DNA from: Gallionella sp.
GTDB taxonomy: Bacteria; Pseudomonadota; Gammaproteobacteria; Burkholderiales; Gallionellaceae
Length of the DNA stretch: 64,000 bases
Direction: 5' to 3'
Assembly (NCBI GenBank): GCA_049799335.1
Contig: JBARHR010000220.1
Location: forward strand, 5,055 to 69,054
The notes under the pieces are model-generated. The model saw nothing but the letters and a program-made list of their open reading frames with translations. It was not told the DNA's origin and searched no databases. The translations under genes and the position numbers were made by a program. This document shows, one piece after another, positions 21,205 through 30,713 of this stretch (the first letter of the stretch is position 1; each line of letters starts with the position of its first letter).

Positions 21205-22371
21205 ATGACAACGCGCGCCAATTCCTTGCTCTTTACGTTGCTCGCTATTTCACTGGCTGCCTGTGGGGGCGGCGACAAGAATGCGAAAGGACCGGGTGGA
21301 CCCGGCGGCGGTATGCCGCCTCCCGAAGTCGAGGTTATAACCGCAGGTTTGGGCAGCGCCACGCTAACCCAGGAATTGCCCGGTCGACTGCAGGCCTACC
21401 GCACCGCGCAGGTGCGTGCACGGGTTGAAGGCGTGATTGAGAAGCGTCTGTTCGAGGAGGGCAGCGAAGTACCGGCAGGTGCGTCGCTGTTCCAGATCGA
21501 CGCGCGCACCTACAAGGCCGCGGCAGCTTCGGCCAAAGCAGACTTGGCGATAGCCAACCAGAATGTTGAACGCTACAAGCCATTGCTGGAAGTCAAGGCG
21601 GTTAGCCAACAGGAATTCGATCTGGCAAAGGCTAAAGCGATGCAGGCAGAGTCGGCGTCGATAGTTGCTGACCAGGCGCTGGAGAACGCAAGTGTTCCCG
21701 CAGCAATTTCCGGACGTATAGGTCGCGCACAAGTAACGGAAGGCGCGTTTGTCGGCAAGGGTGAAGCGACATTGTTGGCAACCATAGAGCAACTGGACCC
21801 CATCTACGCGAACTTTACCCAGTCGGGTGCTGACTTGCTGCGACTCAAAGAGGCAATCAAGGCGGGCAGGCTGAAGCGCGCGGAAACGGCCAGTGTGCAA
21901 TTGGTACTTGAAGACGGCAGCATATATTCGCAGTCAGGCAAACTGTTTTTCACCGACATGGCGGTTGATCCGAGTACCGGCGCCGTGTCGTTGCGTGCGG
22001 TATTCCCCAATCCTCAGCGTGAGCTATTGCCGGGAATGTTCGTGCGGGTTCGCTTCCCGGAAGCGCTGGCTGAAAAAATCATCAAGGTCCCCCAACGCGC
22101 GGTGCAGGCCGGAACGCAAGGTCAGTTCGTGATGATAGTAGGTGCGGAGAACAAGGTTGTGCCGGTGCCGATCAAGACCGGAAGCATGGCCGGAACAGAC
22201 TTCATCATCAATCAGGGACTAAAGGGTGGGGAACAGATCATTGTTAACGGTCTGCAGAAAGTTGGTCCCGGCTCGGTTGTCAGTCCAGTTTCGCTGAATG
22301 ACGCTGCAGCGATCAAGGCGGCAGAGGGTGCCAAGGGTGCATCCGCTTCAACTGCTTCCAACAAGCCATAG
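21205..22371 (+). CDS. RND efflux periplasmic adaptor (membrane fusion protein, AcrA/MexA-like)
   Basis: Lipoprotein signal LLAISLAACGG. Has the lipoyl/hairpin/beta-barrel character of MFPs. It directly precedes the RND pump. Confidence 0.93.
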   Translation: MTTRANSLLFTLLAISLAACGGGDKNAKGPGGPGGGMPPPEVEVITAGLGSATLTQELPGRLQAYRTAQVRARVEGVIEKRLFEEGSEVPAGASLFQIDARTYKAAAASAKADLAIANQNVERYKPLLEVKAVSQQEFDLAKAKAMQAESASIVADQALENASVPAAISGRIGRAQVTEGAFVGKGEATLLATIEQLDPIYANFTQSGADLLRLKEAIKAGRLKRAETASVQLVLEDGSIYSQSGKLFFTDMAVDPSTGAVSLRAVFPNPQRELLPGMFVRVRFPEALAEKIIKVPQRAVQAGTQGQFVMIVGAENKVVPVPIKTGSMAGTDFIINQGLKGGEQIIVNGLQKVGPGSVVSPVSLNDAAAIKAAEGAKGASASTASNKP

Positions 22372-22380
22372 GATCACGTC

Positions 22381-25300
22381 ATGATTGCAAAATTCTTCAT
22401 TGACCGACCAATATTCGCCTGGGTCATCGCGCTGATTATCCTGCTGAGCGGGGGGTTGGCATTGCGCAACCTTCCGGTTGCCTCTTATCCCGCCGTTGCG
22501 CCTCCTGCATTGGCAATTACGCTGAACTATCCGGGTGCCTCGGCACAGGTGGTCGAAGAAACCGCTGTTGCGCTGGTGGAACAGGAACTGAACGGCATCG
22601 AGCACCTGATCAACATGGACTCGTCGTCGCAGCTGGGTATAGGCACCATTACGCTAACCTTTGAGGCGGGTACCGATCTGGACGTTGCGTCCGTTGAGAC
22701 ACAAAACCGCGTTAAGCGCGCCGAGCCCAGACTACCGGAGGACGTGAGACGTACCGGTGTGACCGTTGCCAAGTCGGCGCGAAACTACCTGATGTTCCTC
22801 GCCCTGATTTCGCCGGACAAGAGTCGCGACAACGTGGCGCTCGGCAGCTATGCCGCCGCCAACGTGCTGGAAAACATCCGCCGTGTCCCGGGCGTTGGCG
22901 AAGCGATCCTGTTTGGTACCGAATACTCGATGCGCCTATGGCTGAAGCCTGAAAAATTGCACGCATATGGTCTTACACCCGGAGACATCTCCAAAGCGGT
23001 ACGCGCGCAAAATGCCCAGCTGGCCACCGGTGAGCTTGGCCAATTGCCCGCAGCGGCGGGACAGGAGCTGAATGCGGTCATTGTGACCAGCAGCAAACTG
23101 TCTTCGCCGGAGGAATTCGGCAACGTGATTGTGCGTGCCAATCCGGATGGATCAGCGGTGCGCGTCAAGGACGTGGCGCGCGTCGAACTGGGTGCTCAGG
23201 ACTACTCGATAGCAGCGCGTATCGACGGACAACCGGCTTCGGCGATCGCGATCCGCATGTCGCCGTCGGCCAACGCACTGGACACCGCGAGGGCGGTCAA
23301 AGCGAAGATGACCGAGCTGGCAAAATATTTCCCGGAAGGTATCGACTGGCTGGTGCCTTACGACACCTCCAAATTTGTCGAAATATCCATCAGCGAAGTC
23401 GTCAAGACCTTGGCCGAGGCGATGGTCCTGGTGTTTATTGTCATTTACCTGTTTCTGGGCAATCTGCGCGCGACCTTTATTCCCGCCATTGTCGTACCAG
23501 TGGCGCTGGTCGGCGGGTTGGTGGGACTGTATGCGGTCGGCTATTCGATCAACACACTGACCCTGTTTGCGATGGTGTTGGCAGTCGGTATTGTCGTGGA
23601 TGATGCGATTGTGGTCGTGGAGAACGTCGAGCGCATCATGACCGAGGAAGGACTCGGGCCGCGCGAAGCGACGCGCAAGGCGATGGGACAAATATTTGGC
23701 GCGATCATTGCGATCACGCTGGTGTTGTGCGCGGTGTTTCTGCCGATGACATTTTTCGGTGGATCGGTAGGCGCGATCTACCGCCAGTTCGCGGTTACCC
23801 TGATACTCACCATCCTGTTCTCGGTATTGATGGCACTGACGCTGACCCCGGCGCTGTGCGCATCGCTGTTGCAGAATTCGCCCGGACATGAAATGGTGCC
23901 GACGAGCGGATTTCTGGGATGGTTCAACCGATTCTTCAGCAAGACGACCAAGCGCTACCGCTCGGGAGTTGGCGGTGTGGTTAAACGCACTGGTCGCTAT
24001 ATGCTGCTATACGCTGGTTTGCTGGGCATTGTGGGTTGGCTTTTTGTGCAGTTACCGACGAGCTTCCTTCCCGAGGAAGACCAAGGCTATTTCATCAGCG
24101 TCATCCAATTGCCACCGGGCGCGACACGTGAGCGCACAAAGGAAGTTTTGACCGAAGTTGAGGCATTCTATTTGAAACAACCGGAAGTCTCTCATGTGAT
24201 CGGCGTGCTCGGATTCTCCTTCTTTGGTCGGGGACAGAATGCGGCAATCGCATTTGTACGCCTGAAAGAATGGGAAGAACGTCCCAATTCGGATAACTCT
24301 GCGTCGGCGCTGGTCAATCGCGCTAACATGATGCTGTTCCGCATCAAGCAAGCGATAATCTTTTCGATAAATGTACCTCCCATACCAGAACTGGCAGCGG
24401 TGGGAGGCTTTGACTTCCGCCTTCAGGATCGCGCCGGACAAGGAAGGGAAAAGTTGCTTGAGGCGCGCAACATGGCGCTGGGTATGGCTAGCCAGCATCC
24501 TGCACTAGCTGGCGTGCGCCCCGAAGGCCAGGAACCGGGTCCCCAATTGAAGATCGACGTAGATCGCCTCAAGGCCGAGGCGCTGGGGATTGACATCGCG
24601 GATCTGAACGAAACTCTGCAGTCGGCACTTGGTGTTGCATATATCAATGATTTTGTGCGCGAAGGCAGGATATTGCGGGTGCAGATGCAGGCCGAAGCGA
24701 AAAACCTTACCACGCCGGAACAAATCATGAAGATACCGGTTCGCAATACACACGGTGGCATGGTGCCACTGTCGGAGTTTGCAACGACAAAGTGGGTCGT
24801 CGATTTTCCCAAGATTGACCGCTACAACGGACTTCCTTCAATGAAGATCGCCGGCGGTCCGGCACCCGGCTACAGCAGCGGCGATGCGCTGGCGGCGATG
24901 GAAGAGGTTGCCGCCAAGTTGCCGCTGGGCTTCGGCTTTGAATGGTCTGGAACTTCCAGCGAAGAGCGTTTTTCCGGAAATCAGGCCCCGTTCCTGTTCG
25001 GCTTGTCGCTGGTGGCAGTGTTCCTCTGTCTGGCGGCGTTGTATGAAAGCTGGTCGATACCAATAGCCGTGATTTTGGTGGTACCGATCGGCGTGCTGGG
25101 CGCGTTGACCGCCGTGCACTTGCGAGGACTGCCTAACGACGTGTATTTCAAGGTCGGTCTGATCGTCATAATCGGTCTTGCGGCGAAGAACGCCATCCTG
25201 ATCATCCAGTTCGCCCGCGATTTGCAGGATAAAGGACATGAGTTGGTCGAGGCCACACTTGAAGCTTGTCGACTGCGCTTCCGGCCGATCGTGATGACGT

Positions 25301-25509
25301 CGATTGCGTTTGTTCTTGGCGTGTTGCCGCTGGCGATTTCGACTGGCGCAGGCGCGAACGGTCGTCACGCTATCGGCACCGGCGTAATGGGCGGCATGAT
25401 CGCCGCCACGGTATTGGCCGTGTTCCTTGTGCCGGTATTTTATGTGGTGATCAGGAGAATTTTCCCGGGCCATCCCCGTGAGCACGTCGAGGAGAACAAT
25501 CATGAATAA
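22381..25509 (+). CDS. RND multidrug efflux permease (AcrB/MexB-like, HAE1 type)
   Basis: 1042 aa. N-terminus MIAKFFIDRPIFAWVIALII. 12-TM/two-large-loop layout with the conserved VVDDAIVVVENVER motif. Confidence 0.97.
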   Translation: MIAKFFIDRPIFAWVIALIILLSGGLALRNLPVASYPAVAPPALAITLNYPGASAQVVEETAVALVEQELNGIEHLINMDSSSQLGIGTITLTFEAGTDLDVASVETQNRVKRAEPRLPEDVRRTGVTVAKSARNYLMFLALISPDKSRDNVALGSYAAANVLENIRRVPGVGEAILFGTEYSMRLWLKPEKLHAYGLTPGDISKAVRAQNAQLATGELGQLPAAAGQELNAVIVTSSKLSSPEEFGNVIVRANPDGSAVRVKDVARVELGAQDYSIAARIDGQPASAIAIRMSPSANALDTARAVKAKMTELAKYFPEGIDWLVPYDTSKFVEISISEVVKTLAEAMVLVFIVIYLFLGNLRATFIPAIVVPVALVGGLVGLYAVGYSINTLTLFAMVLAVGIVVDDAIVVVENVERIMTEEGLGPREATRKAMGQIFGAIIAITLVLCAVFLPMTFFGGSVGAIYRQFAVTLILTILFSVLMALTLTPALCASLLQNSPGHEMVPTSGFLGWFNRFFSKTTKRYRSGVGGVVKRTGRYMLLYAGLLGIVGWLFVQLPTSFLPEEDQGYFISVIQLPPGATRERTKEVLTEVEAFYLKQPEVSHVIGVLGFSFFGRGQNAAIAFVRLKEWEERPNSDNSASALVNRANMMLFRIKQAIIFSINVPPIPELAAVGGFDFRLQDRAGQGREKLLEARNMALGMASQHPALAGVRPEGQEPGPQLKIDVDRLKAEALGIDIADLNETLQSALGVAYINDFVREGRILRVQMQAEAKNLTTPEQIMKIPVRNTHGGMVPLSEFATTKWVVDFPKIDRYNGLPSMKIAGGPAPGYSSGDALAAMEEVAAKLPLGFGFEWSGTSSEERFSGNQAPFLFGLSLVAVFLCLAALYESWSIPIAVILVVPIGVLGALTAVHLRGLPNDVYFKVGLIVIIGLAAKNAILIIQFARDLQDKGHELVEATLEACRLRFRPIVMTSIAFVLGVLPLAISTGAGANGRHAIGTGVMGGMIAATVLAVFLVPVFYVVIRRIFPGHPREHVEENNHE

Positions 25510-26938
25510 ATACACAGCGGTCGCAGCTTCGCTTGTGCTGTTGAGTGGTTGCTCGATGATGCCGGAGTATCAGCGTCCCGAGCTGCCTTTGTCGTCGATA
25601 TGGTCTGAAAAAGCCCACTTTGCGACGCCGCAGAAGTTTTCTCAAACGAGCTGGCAGGAGTATTTCCCCGATCCCAGACTGCAGGCATTGATCAACACGG
25701 CCCTGGAAAATAACCGCGACCTGCGCATCGCAACGGCGCGCATTGCCGAGGCGAGAGCGTTGTATGGCGTACAGCAGGCAGACCGGCTGCCGAATGTCAA
25801 TCTGGCCGCTTCGCGCAGCGCGTCGCGAACCCCCGCCGGGGCGTCGATTACCGGCAGTGCGATGAGTACGCAACGCTACGATGTTGCCGTCAGTCTGGTG
25901 TCGTTCGAACTGGACTTCTGGGGGCGTGTCAGCAGTCTGAATACCGCTGCCAAGAATAGCTATTTGGCAACCGAGGCGGCGCAACGTACGTTCCGCCTGT
26001 CATTGATCTCCGATGTGGCAAATGCCTATCTGTCAGTGCTGGAACTTCGCGAGCGCGCCAGGCTGGCGAACGACACGGTCAACGGACGCAAAGAAACCCG
26101 GGATTTGGTGAAGCGGCGTCGCGAAGTCGGTGTGGCCAGCGAGCTGGATTATCTGCAGGCGGAAGGCATATACCAGGCTTCGATCGCCGATCGTGCCAAT
26201 CTGACACAGCAACAAACGGCTGCGTCAAATCTGCTCGACTTGCTGTTGGGCCAATCAGTCGCGAGCATCAAGGCTTTGCCGGATGGGCGCGATCTTTCCG
26301 GACAGGAAATCAAGTCAAATCTGCTCGCGGGGTTGCCGTCAGACGAGTTGCTGACGCGACCCGATGTACAGGCAGCCGAGTACCGATTGATTGCAGCCAA
26401 TGCCAATATTGGCGCTGCCAGGGCCGCATTCTTCCCGCGCATCTCGTTGACGGGTAGCGCCGGCACTGCCAGCGGAAGTTTGTCCGGGCTATTTGATGCA
26501 GGCAGTGGCGCATGGAGTTTCCAGCCTGCGCTGGTCCAGCCCTTGTTCGACGCGGGACGCAATTCTGCGAACGTCGATCTGGCAAAAGCACGCAAAGTGC
26601 TTGCCGTTGCCGACTACGAAAGGATTATCCAGCAGGCGTTTCGCGAAGTGGCTGATCTGCTGAGTGCGCGCAATACGATCAAGGAGCAACTCGCCGCACA
26701 ACAGGCCAATGCGGATGTGCAAAATCAGCGGCTGAAGCTGGTGGAAGCGCGATACCAGGCGGGCGTTGCCAACCACCTCGAGGTACTGGATGCACAGCGC
26801 GACGCCTTCGCTGCCGAGCAAGGGGCGCTGCAGACGAGAAGACTGTCATTGGCTATCGCCACTCAGCTGTACAAGGCACTGGGGGCCGATTTTACCGATG
26901 CGCCGCGGCCCGCCACCCAGGTTAGTGCAATCAAATGA
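25502..26938 (+). CDS. RND efflux outer-membrane factor lipoprotein (NodT/OprM family)
   Basis: The ATG at 25502 overlaps the pump stop (ATGAATAA) and gives MNKYTAVAASLVLLSGC (lipobox). Two OEP repeats follow. Confidence 0.93.
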   Translation: MNKYTAVAASLVLLSGCSMMPEYQRPELPLSSIWSEKAHFATPQKFSQTSWQEYFPDPRLQALINTALENNRDLRIATARIAEARALYGVQQADRLPNVNLAASRSASRTPAGASITGSAMSTQRYDVAVSLVSFELDFWGRVSSLNTAAKNSYLATEAAQRTFRLSLISDVANAYLSVLELRERARLANDTVNGRKETRDLVKRRREVGVASELDYLQAEGIYQASIADRANLTQQQTAASNLLDLLLGQSVASIKALPDGRDLSGQEIKSNLLAGLPSDELLTRPDVQAAEYRLIAANANIGAARAAFFPRISLTGSAGTASGSLSGLFDAGSGAWSFQPALVQPLFDAGRNSANVDLAKARKVLAVADYERIIQQAFREVADLLSARNTIKEQLAAQQANADVQNQRLKLVEARYQAGVANHLEVLDAQRDAFAAEQGALQTRRLSLAIATQLYKALGADFTDAPRPATQVSAIK

Positions 26939-27576
26939 TGACCGAAACGCAAATCCGCAATGCCAGCGAGCAAACGAGAATGCGCTTGCTGGAGGCGGCC
27001 AGAGAGGTATTTTCCCAGTACGGATTTCAGGGAGCGACGGTACGCGAAATCTGCCGCCGTGCGGAGGCAAATGGCGCCGCGGTAAATTATCATTTTGGGA
27101 GCAAGGATGGCTTGCTGGCTGAGGCACTGAACTTTTCCCGGCTCAAGGCGATACAGAAGGCCAATGATGCTGCCGGAGAATGTCCGCGTCTGCGCCTGCG
27201 CTTGTTCATCCGCGATTTCATGATGATGCTGCTCGACGAAAAAAATCCATCATCGCAATGCCAGATCATGGCACGCGAGCTGGCGGACCCCAGTCCGGCA
27301 CTGGATAAAATCGTGCGCGAGGCGATCGAGCCTTTGCACGAGTTTCTCGGCAAGCTGGTACGCGAAATCGTCGGCGAAGATATGGCCGACCCAACTTTGC
27401 TGCGCTGCGTGCACAGCATTTTTGGCCAATGTCTCTTCTATCGGCACTCGCAACCGGTATTGCAGCGTCTGCACCCGCAGTTGCGCTATGACCAGACTGA
27501 AATCGATTCCATTGCCGCGCACATCGCCGAATTTTCGATCGCGGGTATCGTTGCACTTGAGTCCAATCCTCACTGA
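26935..27576 (+). CDS. TetR/AcrR-family transcriptional regulator
   Basis: N-terminal HTH LLEAAREVFSQYGFQGATVREICRRAEANGAAVNYHFGSKDGL. The start overlaps the OMF stop by 4 nt (ATGA). Confidence 0.9.
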   Translation: MMTETQIRNASEQTRMRLLEAAREVFSQYGFQGATVREICRRAEANGAAVNYHFGSKDGLLAEALNFSRLKAIQKANDAAGECPRLRLRLFIRDFMMMLLDEKNPSSQCQIMARELADPSPALDKIVREAIEPLHEFLGKLVREIVGEDMADPTLLRCVHSIFGQCLFYRHSQPVLQRLHPQLRYDQTEIDSIAAHIAEFSIAGIVALESNPH

Positions 27577-27621
27577 GCTTGCCGCCGCATGCGCCGCGGA
27601 AACGGTTTGCGATAAGCGGCA

Positions 27622-28074
27622 ATGAGGATCTGGACGCTGCATCCGCGCTATCTTGATGCCAGGGGACTGGTAGCCGCGTGGCGAGAGGCATTGCTGGCGC
27701 AAAAGGTGTTAGCGGGCGCGACGGCCGGTTACCGAAACCATCCCCAGTTGATCCGCTTTCGCGGACAAGCGGACCCGGTGGCAGTCATATCATGCTATCT
27801 CGCCGGACTGGCCGCCGAGGCAGAGCGGCGCGGTTACCAATTCGATAGCAGCAAAATCTTGGCGAGCCAAGTTGGCGGAAAACTTGAAGAGAGTGACGGG
27901 CAACTACACTACGAGTGGCGGCACCTGTTGGGCAAACTTGCAATTCGGTCTCGAGACACATACGCGCAGTATCGCGACGTCAAAGCAGTGGATCCTCATC
28001 CACTTTTTGCCATAGTGCCCGGTGACGTTCGAGACTGGGAAAAGGTCAGAAGCGATGCGACTTCAGAGATTTGA
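27622..28074 (+). CDS. Pyrimidine-dimer DNA glycosylase (T4 endonuclease V / DenV-like family)
   Basis: N-terminus MRIWTLHPRYLDARGLVAAWREALLAQKVL...YRNHPQL.RF matches my memory of the bacterial Pyr_excise family. 150 aa. Confidence 0.75.
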   Translation: MRIWTLHPRYLDARGLVAAWREALLAQKVLAGATAGYRNHPQLIRFRGQADPVAVISCYLAGLAAEAERRGYQFDSSKILASQVGGKLEESDGQLHYEWRHLLGKLAIRSRDTYAQYRDVKAVDPHPLFAIVPGDVRDWEKVRSDATSEI

Positions 28075-28116
28075 GCCGCGCTACATGCGTCCAGTCGATC
28101 TTGCGGGACTTTTCCG

Positions 28117-28773
28117 TTGAGAATGGCCTACGCTACGCCGGCACGCGCTCAATCACGAGGCGAGGAGCTGGCGAACAGTATCAGCCATGCAATCGGGCTG
28201 ATCGCTGCGCTAGTCGGCACGCCGTTTCTGATCTTGCAGGCAGTTCATGACCACTCAGCCCGAAACGTTGTCGGGGTTAGCATCTTTGCTGCCACGCTGC
28301 TGCTGCTGTATCTGGGCTCGACGATTTACCATGCGCTACCGTCCGGAAAAGCCAAGAATTTGTTTCAACTGATCGAACATTCGGCAATCTACTTGCTGAT
28401 TGCGGGCACCTATACGCCGTTTACGCTCGGCGTGCTCCATGGCCCCTGGGGTTGGGCCTTGCTTGGTGTCGTTTGGGCGCTCGCGCTTATCGGCGTGGCC
28501 TTGAAGATGCTCGGCCTGATGTCGCATCCGATCATATCAACCGGATTGTATTTGCTCATGGGCTGGATGATCGTGGTCGCGATCAATCCCATGTACGTGC
28601 GCATGCCGGCGACAGGCTTGGCGCTGCTGGCAGCAGGCGGAGTCGCATATACCGTGGGTGTCGGGTTCTTTGTGACCGATTCAAGGTTGCGTTACGGCCA
28701 CCTGGTCTGGCACTTGTTTGTGATGGCCGGAAGTGCGTGCCACTACTTTGCGGTGTTCTGGTACGCGGCGTGA
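28117..28773 (+). CDS. Hemolysin III / PAQR-family membrane protein
   Basis: 7-TM protein with EELANSISHAIG, STIYHA and HSAIYLLIAGTYTPF motifs. The start is either TTG 28117 or ATG 28123. Confidence 0.9.
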   Translation: MRMAYATPARAQSRGEELANSISHAIGLIAALVGTPFLILQAVHDHSARNVVGVSIFAATLLLLYLGSTIYHALPSGKAKNLFQLIEHSAIYLLIAGTYTPFTLGVLHGPWGWALLGVVWALALIGVALKMLGLMSHPIISTGLYLLMGWMIVVAINPMYVRMPATGLALLAAGGVAYTVGVGFFVTDSRLRYGHLVWHLFVMAGSACHYFAVFWYAA

Positions 28774-28811
28774 ATTTTCGACTATCTCTATAACTGAAGG
28801 ATACCCAAGCA

Positions 28812-29318
28812 ATGGATAACGATACGCACTGTTCTGGCACAACGTCTGCGAACGCCAGCATCGCCAGCCGCGGATACCCGGTGTTGGCACTCTTGATCTG
28901 GTTGCTATCGGTTGGCGGCTGCGCAACACTCCGCCCGGATTTTGAAAAGCCGTCAGTAACCGTCACGTCATTCAATCCTCTACCCGCATCAAGTCTGGCA
29001 CCAAGCTTTGAGATCGGCCTGCGGGTGGTCAATCCCAATACAGTTTCGCTGAACCTGCGTGGCATCAGCTACAAACTTGCTCTAAATGGATTCGACGTCG
29101 TCGAAGGTGCCGCCAATAATCTGCCTGCGGTACCGGCCCACGGCGAGGCGACCTTCAAGGTAGACGTGACGGTCGGCATGATTGAAGGCATGAGATTTGT
29201 GAGTGACTTGTTGCGGAACAAACACGGGCAGGTGGAATATCGCATCCAGGCCAATCTGGATGTTGGCGCGATGATCCCGACGATACGCATCGAAAAAACC
29301 GGTAGCTACGTTCCTTAG
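28812..29318 (+). CDS. LEA type-2 (water stress/hypersensitive response domain) lipoprotein
   Basis: Lipobox LLSVGGC, then a single LEA_2-like beta-sandwich (VVNPNTVSLNLRGISYKLALNG...). Confidence 0.75.
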   Translation: MDNDTHCSGTTSANASIASRGYPVLALLIWLLSVGGCATLRPDFEKPSVTVTSFNPLPASSLAPSFEIGLRVVNPNTVSLNLRGISYKLALNGFDVVEGAANNLPAVPAHGEATFKVDVTVGMIEGMRFVSDLLRNKHGQVEYRIQANLDVGAMIPTIRIEKTGSYVP

Positions 29319-29398
29319 ACGATACCCGAAACGAACGTTGATCCGCGTCGAGAAGTTCGCACTGTGTCCCGTATTATCGGGCTTCTTGTCGCACGCGC

Positions 29399-30367
29399 TC
29401 AGACGACGCGATCACGAGGCTCGCGACCGGCCGCGATCGCATCCAGATTATCGAGTGCGCGGAAACCCATCGCAACGCGGGTTTCTGCCGTTGCGCTGCC
29501 GATATGCGGCAGCAGGAAGGTGTTTTCCAATTCGCGGTAACCGGGATGGATGTTGGCCGGCTCGTTGTTGAACACGTCCAGTCCGGCAGCCGCGATCTTG
29601 CCAGAACGAAGTGCTTCGACCAGCGCGTCATCGTCGATCACGCTGCCGCGCGCGGTATTCACGACGATCGCGCCATCGGGCAGCAGCGCGATGCGTTGCG
29701 CATTCAACAGGCGAAACGTTTCCGGGGTGGCCGGACAATGCAGTGCCAGATAATCGCAGTGCGGCAGCAGGGCTTCAACGGTATCGAAATATGTCGCTCC
29801 TCGTTCGAGTGCGGGAGTCAACCGGCTGCGATTGTAATACAGAATCGTCATGTCAAAGCCGCGCGCGCGCTGTGCCGTGACTTGACCAACACGCCCCATG
29901 CCAATGATACCAAGGCGTTTTCCAGTGACCTGTCGACCTACCATGAACGCCGGGCTCCAGGATTGCCATTGCTTCGCACGGATCAGCCGCTCGCCTTCGC
30001 TTGCACGCCTGGCTGCGCCGAGCACCAGCAGCATCGCTATTTCCGCCGTCGCGTCTGCGAGTACATCCGGAGTATTGGTGACTATGATGCCGCGCGCCTT
30101 CGCGGCCGCCAGATCAACGTGGTCTACGCCAACGGAAAAATTGATGATCGCCCTGACGGATTCAGGCAGGCGCACAATAACGTCAGCCGGCAGCTTTTCC
30201 GTGTGACACGGAAGGATGGCGTCGGCGCCGCCTGCCAATTCAATCATCTGGTCTGCGCTGTACGGCTGGTCGTCCAGGTTAAAACGCGGTTCATAATGGC
30301 TGCGCAGCCGATCTTCAACTGCTTGTGGCAGCTTGCGCGTCACCAGTACCACGTATCTATTCTTCAT
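29399..30367 (-). CDS. D-isomer-specific 2-hydroxyacid dehydrogenase (glyoxylate/hydroxypyruvate reductase-like)
   Basis: NAD motif GIIGMGRVG. The catalytic region ...NTARG..ID..AL and ...PHIGSAT is typical of the GhrB/glycerate dehydrogenase family. Confidence 0.9.
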   Translation of the reverse strand: MKNRYVVLVTRKLPQAVEDRLRSHYEPRFNLDDQPYSADQMIELAGGADAILPCHTEKLPADVIVRLPESVRAIINFSVGVDHVDLAAAKARGIIVTNTPDVLADATAEIAMLLVLGAARRASEGERLIRAKQWQSWSPAFMVGRQVTGKRLGIIGMGRVGQVTAQRARGFDMTILYYNRSRLTPALERGATYFDTVEALLPHCDYLALHCPATPETFRLLNAQRIALLPDGAIVVNTARGSVIDDDALVEALRSGKIAAAGLDVFNNEPANIHPGYRELENTFLLPHIGSATAETRVAMGFRALDNLDAIAAGREPRDRVV

Positions 30368-30713
30368 CGATTAGCGATATGTGCCATGAACCATCGGAGC
30401 AATAATCTTAACAAGATTGGTGCGTGATTGTCCGATAAACATCATACCGCCGATTGCACGCAGGGGCGGCGCACGATCCGAACGCAGCTATCGCCCGGAA
30501 CAGATAAATGGACCAGACCAATTGCAAACTCCTGTAAAATTTCCCGACAGGTCCAATCGTCCGACTATCGAATTCGCCGCCCGACATTTTTTCACCGCAC
30601 TGATCGATGGGCTACTTCCGCGTCGCACTAGCCAGGCAAGTACCTGCAAATCCGTTAGGAATCTGGCACGTTAATTCGGGTGGAACAACCGCAATACCTT
30701 CTTCGAATCTAAT

